A stretch of DNA of 64,000 bases, taken from IMG/VR virus record IMGVR_UViG_3300010354_015978, positions 1 to 64,000 of that record. One strand, given 5' to 3'. The translations under genes and the position numbers were made by a program. The notes under the pieces were generated by a model that saw nothing but the letters and a program-made list of their open reading frames with translations, searched no databases and was not told the origin of the DNA. The stretch's first letter is position 1, and each line of letters opens with the position of its first letter. Shown piece by piece: positions 1 to 12,500 of this stretch. The DNA comes from a virus.

Positions 1-4
1 AACC

Positions 5-3000
5 ATGGCCAAAACCACGAGACAAACAGCGATTTTTGGCGTTCAGGACTGGAAACGATTGTACCAGACCTACCGCGAGGGTGACTTTCAATCCTACGAC
101 TACGAGACCCTGCGCAAGAGTTTTGTGGACTACTTGCGATTGTATTACCCTGAAACCTTCAATGACTACATCGAGTCATCGGAGTTCATCGCGCTGTTGG
201 ACGTTATTGCATTCATGGGCCAGAGTCTTGCTTTCCGCAACGATCTCAATGCTCGCGAAAACTTTCTAGACACAGCCGAACGCCGAGACAGCGTGGTGCG
301 CTTGGCCAATCTCGTGGGTTACACACCCAAGCGCAACACCGCGGGACAGGGGTTTATCAAGTGCGTGTCGGTCAGTACCACGGAAAACATCGTGGACTTC
401 AACGGTATTAACCTCAGTAACATCACGATTTCCTGGGACGACCCCACCAACCCCAACTGGTTTGAGCAATTTACAACTATTATCAATGCAGCACTGGTAG
501 ACAGCCAGAAATTTGGACGCCCTGGCAATCGTCAGGACATCCAGAACATTGATACTAGCGAGTACACACTCAAGCTCATCCCCGGCTTCTTGCCCATAGT
601 GCCCTACAGCGCAGTGGTGGACGGCGTGAATATGCCGTTTGAAATCTGCAGCAGTAGTAGCCTGGGCAAGAATTATGTGTATGAACCTAGTCCGCGTCCC
701 GACGGCGCTTTCAACATTCTGTATCGCAACGACAATCAGGGATTTGGCTCGCCCAATACCGGATTCTTTTTCCTGTTCAAGCAGGGCGTGCTCCAGAATC
801 AAGACTTCAACTTGGCTGATGCGTTGCCCAACCGCACCGTGGACATCAACATTGAAGGTTGTAACAACGAAGATCACTGGCTGTACCAACTCAGTGACGT
901 GGGCGCCATCGCGGGCGAGTGGCTGTACGTAGACAATGTGTTCGCGGGTGCCACTGAACAGTTGGCTCCAGATCAGCGCAAGTTCTACAGCATCACCAGC
1001 CGGGCCAATGATCAAATCACACTGACTTTTGGTGACGGCGTGTTCAGTTCCATACCCGTGGGCTTGTTCCGCGCCTATGTGCGTGCCAGCAATGGTCTCC
1101 AGTACATCATCAATCCTGAAGAGATGCAGAACATCCAGATCCCCATAGCCTATACCAGTCGCCGGGGTCGCACCGAGACCATCACGTTTGTGGTCAGCAT
1201 CCAGGAGCCCGTGACCAACGCCCAGGCCCGTGAATCCTTGGACGAGATCAAGCAACGCGCACCCGCTCGTTACTACACGCAAAACCGCATGGTCAACGGC
1301 GAGGACTACAACAACTTTCCGTTTACGTTGTACAACAGCATCATCAAGAGCAAGGCCGTGGCACGCAGCAGCGTAGGTACCAGCCGCTATATTGATCTCA
1401 CTGATGTCACTGGCAAGTACAGCAGCACCAATATCTTTGCTGCTGACGGCGTATTGTATAGAGAGAACACCCTGCCCAGCGTGGAATTCTCCTGGTTGAA
1501 TCGCAACGACATCGTGGATGTGCTCAAGAACTCCGTAGAGCCTTTGATCAACAGTCGCGGCATGTTGCAGTTCTACTATGCCAACTTCCCTCGCCCGCCA
1601 CTCACAGTGATCAGCGCTCGCTGGAAGCAAAGCACCAGCATACTCAACGAGACCACAGGCTATTTCTACAGTCGCACACCCACCAATCCCTTGCCCATTG
1701 GCAGTTATACCAGCAACAATGCGCAGTATGTCACTGTGGGCAGTCTTGTCAAGTTCGTGCCACCAGCAGGATATTTCTTTGATGAGAAGAATAGACTCAA
1801 GGTAGGCACACCCACTCGCGCCAACGAGAAACTGGTACTGTGGGCCACTGTGACCAATATTGTGCTGGAAGGCACAGCACAGGGCCTGGGCAATCTACCC
1901 AATGGCATTGGTCCGGTCACGCTCAACAACTTCATCCCCAGCGAAGCCATCGCCGAACTGGTGATTCCCAAGTTTACCACAGACCTGCCGGAAAGCCTGG
2001 AATCCAGCATGATCCAGCAGATTGAACTGTATCGTGACTTTGGACTTGGCTATAACAATCTCACTGGCACCTGGTACATCATCACAGCCAGCAACCTCAA
2101 TCGTGACGCAGCGTTCAGCCGACGTTATGCACAGAACAATCAAGGACTCAACCTTGATGCATCCTGGTTGATCCAGTTTACCACGGACGGTCAGACCTAT
2201 GTGGTCATCAGCCGCAGTCTTGATTACCTATTTGCGTCGGTGTTGCAGACTAGATTCTTCTATGGAGACTCTGGTCAGATCTACGATCAAAAGACCGGCA
2301 GCGTGATCAACGACTTTATCAGTGTATTGAAGACCAATGCACAGCCCGACAACAACAATCCCTTGCCCGGTGATATCTTCATGGACATTATTGGACAACC
2401 GGTGCAAAGTGATGGCTTTGTCAATGACTACGAAGTAGTGGTGAGTTATCGCGACAGCGACGCAGACGGCGTGGCCGATGATCCTGACTTCTTTGACACA
2501 GTGGTGGCACCCAATGTTAGTTCAGCAACCAAACTGGTATTCTTCCAACAGGTCACAGACTTTGATAATCTCGAGCGATATCTCCCTTTGGAGCCCGGTG
2601 TGATCAATAGCGATTACGCCACACTTAATGACATTGAAATTGTCAAGTCTGAGTTTATCAATGGGCAACTGTTCTATGCTCGCACAGACCAGAAGTTTTA
2701 CGAACTCTTGATCGACGAAGTCAATGGCCTTTTGACACGCACCTTGGTGCCGCGCCTGGACTTCCGTGCCAGGACTGGACGCGGTGCGCTGGCATTCCAG
2801 TATCGACACAACACGCCGCTCACCAACGTCATTGATCCTGGTGCAACCAACATCGTTGACATCTATGTGGTGACCGAGGGCTACTACACCCAGTATCAAA
2901 ACTACGTCAAGGACACCACTGGCACGGTGCCCGAACCGGCACCTCCCACTATAGCGCAGCTCAACTCAGACTATGCCGAACTTAATGACTACAAAATGGT

Positions 3001-3514
3001 CAGTGACAACATCGTGCTCAATACAGTGGTGTTCAAGCCTTTGTTTGGAGCCAAGGCTCCCACTGAGCTGCGTGGCATCATCAAGGTGGTGCGAGCACAA
3101 AACACAGTGGCATCAGACAGCGAGATCAAGACGCAGGTCGTGGCTCGCATGAATGACTATTTCAGCATTGACAAGTGGGACTTTGGTGACAACTTTTACT
3201 TCAGTGAGTTAGCAGCCTATCTACACGAACGCTTGGGCAGCATCATCTCCAGCGTGGTCTTGGTGCCGTTGAATCCGCTCAAGACCTTTGGCGATCTCTA
3301 CGAGATCAGATCTGCACCCAATGAAATCTTTGTCAATGGTGCCACTGTGGCTGATGTTGAAGTCATTGATGCGCTCACACAGAGCAACATACGCAGTCAA
3401 ACACCCGTGGCTGGTTTGTATCCAGTAAATACAGTAGGCGCTGTGGACAGCGTCACTGTGGGACAGACCGGTATAGCACCGTTGACTACTAACAATAATG
3501 GCACAATGATCTGA
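5..3514 (+). CDS. Baseplate wedge subunit (T4 gp6-like)
   Basis: The N-terminus DFQSYDYETLRKSFVDYLR...DYIESSEFIALLDVIAF...RENFLDTAERRDSV..LVGY, plus FGDG and QNRMVNGEDY, matches gp6/baseplate J-like motifs. The stop overlaps the next ATG (TGATG). Confidence 0.85.
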   Translation: MAKTTRQTAIFGVQDWKRLYQTYREGDFQSYDYETLRKSFVDYLRLYYPETFNDYIESSEFIALLDVIAFMGQSLAFRNDLNARENFLDTAERRDSVVRLANLVGYTPKRNTAGQGFIKCVSVSTTENIVDFNGINLSNITISWDDPTNPNWFEQFTTIINAALVDSQKFGRPGNRQDIQNIDTSEYTLKLIPGFLPIVPYSAVVDGVNMPFEICSSSSLGKNYVYEPSPRPDGAFNILYRNDNQGFGSPNTGFFFLFKQGVLQNQDFNLADALPNRTVDINIEGCNNEDHWLYQLSDVGAIAGEWLYVDNVFAGATEQLAPDQRKFYSITSRANDQITLTFGDGVFSSIPVGLFRAYVRASNGLQYIINPEEMQNIQIPIAYTSRRGRTETITFVVSIQEPVTNAQARESLDEIKQRAPARYYTQNRMVNGEDYNNFPFTLYNSIIKSKAVARSSVGTSRYIDLTDVTGKYSSTNIFAADGVLYRENTLPSVEFSWLNRNDIVDVLKNSVEPLINSRGMLQFYYANFPRPPLTVISARWKQSTSILNETTGYFYSRTPTNPLPIGSYTSNNAQYVTVGSLVKFVPPAGYFFDEKNRLKVGTPTRANEKLVLWATVTNIVLEGTAQGLGNLPNGIGPVTLNNFIPSEAIAELVIPKFTTDLPESLESSMIQQIELYRDFGLGYNNLTGTWYIITASNLNRDAAFSRRYAQNNQGLNLDASWLIQFTTDGQTYVVISRSLDYLFASVLQTRFFYGDSGQIYDQKTGSVINDFISVLKTNAQPDNNNPLPGDIFMDIIGQPVQSDGFVNDYEVVVSYRDSDADGVADDPDFFDTVVAPNVSSATKLVFFQQVTDFDNLERYLPLEPGVINSDYATLNDIEIVKSEFINGQLFYARTDQKFYELLIDEVNGLLTRTLVPRLDFRARTGRGALAFQYRHNTPLTNVIDPGATNIVDIYVVTEGYYTQYQNYVKDTTGTVPEPAPPTIAQLNSDYAELNDYKMVSDNIVLNTVVFKPLFGAKAPTELRGIIKVVRAQNTVASDSEIKTQVVARMNDYFSIDKWDFGDNFYFSELAAYLHERLGSIISSVVLVPLNPLKTFGDLYEIRSAPNEIFVNGATVADVEVIDALTQSNIRSQTPVAGLYPVNTVGAVDSVTVGQTGIAPLTTNNNGTMI

Positions 3515-6500
3515 TGGCACTGCGCAGGACTATTGATCTATTACCGGAGATCTTCAAGACCGAGGCCACTCGGCAGTTCTTCGCCGCATCCATAGATCAA
3601 ATCGCGCAAGAGCCCAGCCTCAAACGCATACAAGGTTATGTGGGTCGCAAGGTCGGCGCCGGTGTCAACCCGCTGGACAATTACGTCACAGAGCCCACGG
3701 CCACACGCACCGACTATCAGTTAGAGCCTGGCGTGGTGTTCCTGCGTCCCGACACCAGCACAGCATTTGATGCCATAACCTATCCTGGCATGATCGATGC
3801 GCTCAATGCCAACAATGCCAACACACGCCGAGAAGATCGACTGTTTGAGCAGCAGTACTATGCCTGGGATCCTTTCTGTGATTTAGACAAGTTCAGCAAC
3901 TATAGCCAGTATTATTGGCTGGCCAATGGCCCTGATCCCGTGGATGTGTCGGCCACGGCCATACCACTGACCGATGATTTCACTGTGACACGCAATGTGT
4001 TGGACTACAATTTTTCCGGCATAGATGGCGGCAATCCAGTGATCACGCTGGCGCGTGGCGGCAGTTATAATTTTGCGGTCAATCAGCCTGGCCACAAGTT
4101 CTACATACAGACAGCACCCGGCGTCAGCGGAACTCTGCCAAGTTCGCCCAACATCAGCAGTCGCAATGTGTTGGGTGTGCTCAACAACGGTGACGACAAT
4201 GGCACGGTTCAGTTCAATGTGCCTCGCAAAGATGCGCAGAACTTTTATTTTGGGCTGGCACAACTAGACACACCCGTGGATCTCGTGACCGAGACCCTGT
4301 TGTTCAATCAAGTCAACAACGTCTACGTGGAAGACTTCCTGGCCAACAACCCAACAGGCATTGATGGCATCACTGAGCTCAACGGGCTCAACCTGGTGTT
4401 TACCAATCGCATAGGCGATGTCAACGGCGGCGGCTGGAAATACGAAAGCCAGTACGATCCCTTGATTCGTACCACGCCTGATCGCGTGGGCTATTACATC
4501 AGTTATGACATAGTTCCGCGCACCACGCCCGATCGTTACAGCACCACTGTCAGTTATGACATTGTGACACGCACCGTGGCCAATCGTGTGGCTCAAAATG
4601 AAAGTTTTGATATCGATGGCTATGGATACGACAGCAATCTACAACCCTATGCTTTTCCCATCTTGGTCACTCGCGGTCCCTTTGACCCTGCTGATGGACA
4701 GCCCGGAACCTTTGACTACGATCCACAAGACAGCAGTGAAGAATACGGCTTTGACCAGCCCGAGATAGAAGTCATAACCGGTGGCCCTGCAGATCCTCTC
4801 GACGGCACACCTGGCACGTTTGATGCCTCGCCGTATGAGCAGCCACAAGTGCTGGTGGTGTCGGGTCCGCCTGATCCCTTGGATGGACAGGAAGGCAGTT
4901 ACGACAGCTTGCCATTTGATGAGCAAACGCCCATCACTGCCCGCAATACACGTTATAGCGTGTGGCAGATCCAGTATGTCTACACCGGTGACCGGCCCTA
5001 CATGCGTCTTGCCAGCGTGGCAGATATACCCCAGGACACTCGATTCCGTGTGCGGTATGGGGCAGAATACAGCAACACCGAATGGTGGAAAGATCAAACT
5101 GGTTTCATAGTGCGTGTGCCTTCGCTCAGTGCTGTGCTGGATGAACTATGGTATCAAGACAGCAGCAACCCTGACATCTTTGGCCAGATCAAACTGGTAG
5201 ACATCGCGAATCCACAACCCATCAGCATCGATGACATCATTGGTGCCACCAACTATACCAGCCCCAACGGCGTAAAATTTACCAACGGGCTCATGATTCA
5301 GTTCCGCGGACCCACGTTCCCAGAACAGTATCGCAATCAAAAGTTCTACGTAGAGGGAGTGGGTACCGGGCCCGGAATCGGCAAGCGAGTGGGCTTTGTT
5401 GATGGCCAGGCTTACTTTGGCCCGTTCCATATCTACCAAGGTGTCAAGCTCACCGGTGCTCTGCACGACGAGACCACGTTCCAGCAGATTATCTATGACA
5501 CTGCGATAGAAAGTATCATCAACGCTGGTCGCGCTTTTACCCCGGAACGCGAAGTTGACCGCGCTCGATCCGGTCTAGGCAGCCAGGCCATTGATGGCGT
5601 GTTGAAAAACAACGGTATCATCTTGGTGCCGGTGTCGGAGATGGTGACGCCAGAGCCTTACAATCCTGATGTGCTGGAACCATTTGATGGCAATGCTGTA
5701 CTGTTGGGCACTTTTAATGTAGTCAACAGCCAGGATCCTCTCTATGTGCGCGGTGTGCGCAATGTGACCTGGGCGCCATTGTATCAATGGAATGAAAGTC
5801 TACAACAGTATGTAGAGATCAGCCAAGGCACAGAAACCTTTACGCCCGACCAGTGGGTATCAGACCGCTGGGGCGGAGGCGTGGGCTTTGACAATGGTGG
5901 TTTTGATAACACTCTCAACAGCCCCGTTACACCGGACTACATCACTATCAATCGTGCCAGCAGTGACCGCAACAGTTGGAGCCGCAACAATCGATGGTTC
6001 CACAAAGATGTCATTGCCTATACCGCTGAACTCAACAAAAACTATCCGGTCTACGACAACAATCTACGTGCCAAACGTCCCATCGTGGAGTTTAGGCCCA
6101 ACCTAAGACTGTGGAACCAAGGCACACAGGCCAAACCTGCGGTCAATGTCATTGACTTCAACACCACCGATGCCATAAGCCAGGTCAATGGACAGATTGG
6201 CTACGGTGCTGATGGTTATGAATTCCGCAACGGATCACGCATCATATTTGCCGGCGACACTGACCTACAAGTGCGCAACAAAATTTATCGCGTTGAATTT
6301 TTTGATCCCGATGACAGCGGTAAGTTGATCATACGTCTAGTGCCCGAGGTCAACAACGATGCACTGATCAATCAGACCGTGACCTGCCTCAATGGTGCCA
6401 CGCAACAAGGCAAGGTATTTTGGTTTGACGGTGCTACTTGGCTGGATGGTCAGCAGAAAACCGGTGTCAATCAGCCACCGCTGTTTGATGTCTATGATCT

Positions 6501-9500
6501 GGATGGCGTGAGCTTCAGCAATCAAGCCAAATACCCCAGCACTACTTTCCGAGGCAGTCGACTGTTTGGTTATGCTCGCGGCGAGACTGCCGTGATTGAT
6601 CCTGTCTTGGGTTTCCCTTTCAAGTATCGCAACATTGACAACATCGGCGATATCGTCTTTGAAAACTATCTCTACACCGACAAATTTGTCTACGTGCGCG
6701 ACCGCGTGAGTTACGAAATGGACGTGGGCGATGGTTTTGTAAGACAATATCAAGATCGTGTGAGTTTCTTTGATCAGATCGGTTGGCAGCCTGCGGCAGC
6801 GCGTAGTCGCCAGCGGCAGGTGTTTAGATTCATCTACAACGATGAACCACTGCTGTTGGATGTGCCCATTGACACCGCCACAGTGTTTGCGCCTGTGCAG
6901 ATGTTCATTAACGGCGTGTTTGTGGATCCCACAAAATACACTGTGACTACCACGGCGCTGAATGCTACTATTACCCTAGTTGATCCGCCGCCCGTGGGCA
7001 CAACGATTGAAGTACAGATGTTTGGACCTGAGCCCAGCGATTTTGCCTTCTATCAGATCCCAGTCAACTTGGAAAACAATGCCAGCAACGATGATCCCAT
7101 AGATTTCACGTTGGGTGGCATCCGCAATCACTACGGTACCATTGGACAGAATCTGCGCAACATTCAAGGGCCTGTCAATGGTGCCAACAACACCCGCGAC
7201 CTTGGCAACATCATTCCTTGGGGCAACAGCATCATACAAAACTCTGCGCCCTTGGTACTGCCCAGCGTGTTCTGGCGCCGCGGAGAGTTTGCTTTCTTTC
7301 AAAGTCTGGAATTCAGCAGCCGCGAGTACACCAAGTACAAGGCGCTGTTGCTGGATCTCGCGGCCAAGGGCGACTTTATCAACTACACTCCCACGCAGAT
7401 CTTGGATCTCGTGGTAGAGCAAATCAGCCTGGGCAAGACCGAACAGTTCCCATTCTATTGGTCAGACATGTTGCCTTCGGGTGATGTCTACACCGAACTC
7501 AATTATACATTCACGCCCATCAGCACCAACACCTTTGATACCACGCGCATCTATGACTTTAACAGCAGCAACTACCAAAGTGTCATGGTGTTCCTCAACG
7601 GTGAGATACTGACTCGCGATTATGACTACATTGTGCCCGACGATCGGGCCGTAGTGATCATAACACGCACTCTGCAGGATGGCGATCAGATACAACTGCG
7701 CGAATACGCCAATACCTATGGCAGTTACGTGCCCAACACGCCCACCAAGATGGGCATGTATCCCGCTTACCGACCACAGATGTACCTGGATGAGTCATTT
7801 GTTGAACCACGCATGGTTATCCGGGGACACGACGGTAGTATAACGTTTGCGTTTGGTGACTTCCGTGATCAAGTATTGCTGGAATTTGAAACTCGAATTT
7901 TCAACAACATCAAGATCAATACCCCTGTGCCCCTGATCGCACAGGATGTGATTCCGGGTCAGTTCCGCGACACTGGTTGGAGCCTCAGCGAAATCACCAG
8001 TATCATGCTGCCCAGTTTCTTGACCTGGGTGGGCCTCAACAGCATTGACTACACATCTCAGGCCTACACCGCAGGCAATCCTTTTACCTACAACTACAGT
8101 CAGAGTCAAGACAAGATCGATCGTAGACCGCTGCTGGGCAACTGGCGCGGCATCTACAATTATTTCTATGACACACTGACACCCAATCTCACACCCTGGG
8201 AAATGTTGGGCTTTACCGAACAGCCTGATTGGTGGGAAACACGCTACGGCCCAGCGCCCTATACATCAGGCAACATGGTGTTGTGGGAAGATCTAGCCGC
8301 AGGCTACATCGCAGATCCTATTGAGCCCTACTTTGATCCGCGCTTTGCGCGTCCCGGCCTGACATCAGTGATTCCTGTTGGCAGCGAAGGCGAGATTTTG
8401 AGTCCGCTCAAGAGCGTGGTGGGCAATTACGACGCCACTAGTTTCCAACGCAGCTGGACCTTTGGCGATGATGGCCCGGTAGAAAATGCCTGGCGCACCA
8501 GCAGCGTATATCCCTTTGCTGTGATGCGACTGTTGGCTTTGACACGACCTGCCGAGTTCTTTGGATTGTTTGTGGATCGCGATCGCTACAAGTTCAGTGA
8601 CACGCTGCAACAATTTGTTTGGAACGATCGCTATCGCATCAATCCCAAGGACTTGGCTCCCTTGTACGGCAGCGGCACCAGCCGAGCCAGTTACATCAAC
8701 TGGATTGTGGACTACAACCAGCAGGGCGGCACCAACAGTCAAGCCAGCCTGACTCGCGACCTAGATAATCTGGACGTAAGACTGTGCTGGCGCTTGGCTG
8801 GTTATAGCAGCAAGAATCTCCTGCAGCTCTTTACCGAGCGCAGCACACCGCAGGGAGAAAATCGCAGCCTGTTGCTGCCCGATGAAAGTTACCAACTGCT
8901 GCTGTACACCAACGTACCGCAGAACATTGTGGACTACAGCGCCTGCATGGTCATGGTGTCTGCCAACGGCTGGCAGGTGATTGGTTATGATCTACAGCGC
9001 AATTTCTTTGAAATTCTGCAGAGCAACATCGCTGGTCCCACCACAACTATCAGCGCCAACGGCAGCACCGAGCGTGTGGCCACCAGTTACCTTGACAACA
9101 TCGTGCAGGTGCCCTACGGCTTTGAGTTTACAAGCCGTGCTGCGGTCTGTGACTTCTTGTTGAGTTACGGCGCGCTATTGGAGCGCCGAGGCTTCCAATT
9201 CAACCGTACTGAAAACGGCTATCTTGTGGATTGGAAACAGATGGCCATTGAATTCCTGTACTGGAGCAATCAAGGCTGGGGTTTGGGCACAGCCATCAAC
9301 CTCAACCCCGGCGGCGTAGAACTGTTGATCACCCGACCCGGTGAGATCGCAGCACCCTTGTTCCCCACCACAGCCGGCAACTACATACTCAACCAGAACC
9401 GTGGCATAGTGCCCGCGGCCGATTTGGTGATAGAACGTGTTGACAACACGCTGCGTATCAACAGCCTGGCTGCCAATACCATAAACTACGTCAGTCTCAA

Positions 9501-12500
9501 GTTCTTTAGTTACGAACACATGGTGATACTGAACAATCGCAGTATCTTCAATGACTTGGTATACGACCCTGCCACCGGTGCTAGACAGAATCGAATTCTA
9601 GTGGCCGGTGCTGTCAGCAACGAATGGAACGGCACCGTGAACGCGCCAGGATTCGTTCTCAATCAGGACAATATACCGCAGTGGCGCCCCAATGTCAAAT
9701 ACACCAAGGGCGAAATAGTTTTGTTCAAAGACGAGTACTGGTCAGCGTCCACTATCATACAGCCCACAGCAGAGTTTGATTACAGCCAGTGGATCAAGAG
9801 CGACTATGCCGAGATCCAGAAAGGCCTGTTGCCCAACAGCCCGCTCAGCAGCAACGAGCTGGCCACGGCCTACGATGTCTACCAAGCCAACCTTGAAAGC
9901 GAAGTTGACTTGTTTAGTTTTGGTCTCATAGGCTTCCGTCCAAGACGCTACATGCAGCTCTTGGATCTCAGTGACATCAGTCAAGTCAATCTCTACAAGC
10001 AGTTCCTGAAGGACAAGGGAACCACACGGGCCACAGACATTTTCAATCTTGCCAACCTTGGCAAAGAAGTCGCACGTTATGACGTATATGAAAACTGGGC
10101 CATGCTGCGCAGCGTGTATGGCGCCAATGCCAATCGCAGTTTCTTTGAAGTGGTGCTGAACGAGGCCAATCTACAAAGCAACCCCAGTATCATACAGATT
10201 GTACAGAGCAGCGTGGATCAAAGCGAGGCTGATCAAAAGATCGTGTTGGAAGATGTTTGGAAGAGCAGTTATGCCCTGACCACGCCCAACATACTGCCAG
10301 CAACGTTGAATCCCACTGTGCCAGAGCAAGGGTTACCAACTGCTGGTTATGTCAATCTCGATGACGTGGACATCACGATATTTGATCTTGACCAGCCCAC
10401 AGATCCCACGATAACACAACAGATCAACGTGGGCACCACTATCTGGGTGGCGCGTGTCAACACTTATGATTGGAACATTTATCGTGTAGAAAAAATTCCT
10501 GCCACAGTGACGCAGATCTCCGACAACCTAGACGGTGCCAGCCTGGTGACATTTACCAGCGAACACGGACTTGGTGTGGGCGATGTCTTGATCATCAAGT
10601 ACTTCAGCACCGACGTAGATGGCTACTATCGAGTGTTGAGTGTGCCCAGCATCACCACTGTGACCATAGCATACGAATTCACCGGATTCCAGACCACGCA
10701 AGAAGGCACCGGCTTGGCCTTGACCTTGCAGACTGCGCGTGTGAGCGAGCCCAGCAAGATCAGTGAGTTGCCTTATGCCACACAACTGTTCCCTGGTGTC
10801 CGAGCTTGGGTAGACCAAGACAGCCAAGGTCGCTGGAGCGTGCTGGAAAAGACCGATGCGTTTACAGCAGGCGAAACGCTGACAGCCGAAGTACCCATAT
10901 TGGCCAGCAAGTTTGGTGGAGCCATTAGTCAAGGCTTGTTTAACCGCACAGCGTTGATTGGATCGCCGGACTACAATCCTGAAAGTCTGGCAAATCCGCC
11001 GGGCGCCATCTATAACTTTGTCAGCGATGAAGAAGAACGTCTGGTTCAAAGAAGCGCCACAGTGCTCAATGCCACTGGCGCCAGCAAATATGGATTCAGC
11101 ATCTATGTGGGCGACCAGACCTGGAGCGTGGCCGGCGCACCTGCCAGCAATGACAACGTGGGCTATGCTACCACCACCTACGTAGAACCGGGCACACAAG
11201 ATTTTACCATACGTCAGCTCTTGGTGCCGCCTGATCAAGACTTTGGTGCTGCCGAGTTTGGCTATGCGGTAAGCATGAGCGAAAATGAGCGCTGGATGTA
11301 CATTGGCGCTCCTGGCAAGAACAAGGTTTATGTTTATGATAAAGTTGACGTGCAAGAACAACGTGTTGACTATGTCAGTGATGGATTGACCAACAATTAT
11401 ACCTACAGCAACGATATAATTGTGGACTACACACAACCCGAACAGATCAGAGTGTTCGTGGATGACAACCTCTTGGATTATCAGGAAGGTGATTACACAG
11501 TCAGTGGTGGAACACTCTATTTGACTGTGGTTCCCGAGGCTGGCGCTGACATCAGCATACGTCGTAACCAAGTCACTCAGTTAGATCGTCGTGTGGTCAG
11601 TGACTATACTCCTCAGAACCTTTACGCGCCGCGGCCTCCCTTGCCCGACAGCAGCATTCCGCCCGAAGGCAGCGGCGCTGAATTTATTATAACTAACCAG
11701 CGTGGCATCTATGTGCTAGGACAAATCACCGGTGGTATTGATTACAGAGTGGACGACTTGTTGCGCGTTCCCGCCACAGACCTTGAAACACAAGACGTAC
11801 CGGCGCCGCCCAATCTCACTCCCACTTTTGTGACCAGTTCTGTGGATCTTATCACCGTAGATGACACCACCGGCATCCTGCCTGGTATGTCTGTATACGG
11901 CACAGGTTTTGTGAGCGGTCAATATGTTACATCCGTTATAAACGGTACTCAATTCATTGTGAGTGCGTTGCCAGATTCAGCACCCTCGGGCACATTGACC
12001 ATTGGTCATGATTTGCTGATTAAAATCACAGGCGTTGACACAGATGGTGCTATCCTGTCCTTTACGGCCAACACCGAAAATGCCGCATACCCCGGTGGTG
12101 TGACCACAGGGGCAGTATTTCCCTTGGACCAATATCTCTATACTGCTCAAAACATATACAGTTTCGTGGTCAACGTCAATAATCAACTTTATCGTCCACA
12201 CTTTGACTATGAATTCAACACCGACAGCGCATACAATTACCTAGAGTTGATTTTCAACACAGTGCCGCCCGCGGGCGCTACCATCACGGTCAGCAGCGAT
12301 AGTTACTACAACTTCAACCAAGTCTTGACTGTGCCCGGCCTGGCCGGCGATGCAAGATTTGGACACAGCATTTCGGTCAATCGCACAGGACAGTTGATAG
12401 CAGTAGGCGCACCTGGTGCCAACGCTGCTGCCGGTCTTGCTTATTACTTTGTACGCGCAGCCCAGGCATTCCAAGTACAGAGCACAGACACTACTACCTT

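Noticed and set aside
266-1630. Long antisense ORFs (for example 266-1630, 10528-11571, 50706-51842)
   Set aside because: They are shadows of strongly codon-biased genes on the opposite strand, with no motifs or ribosome-binding sites.
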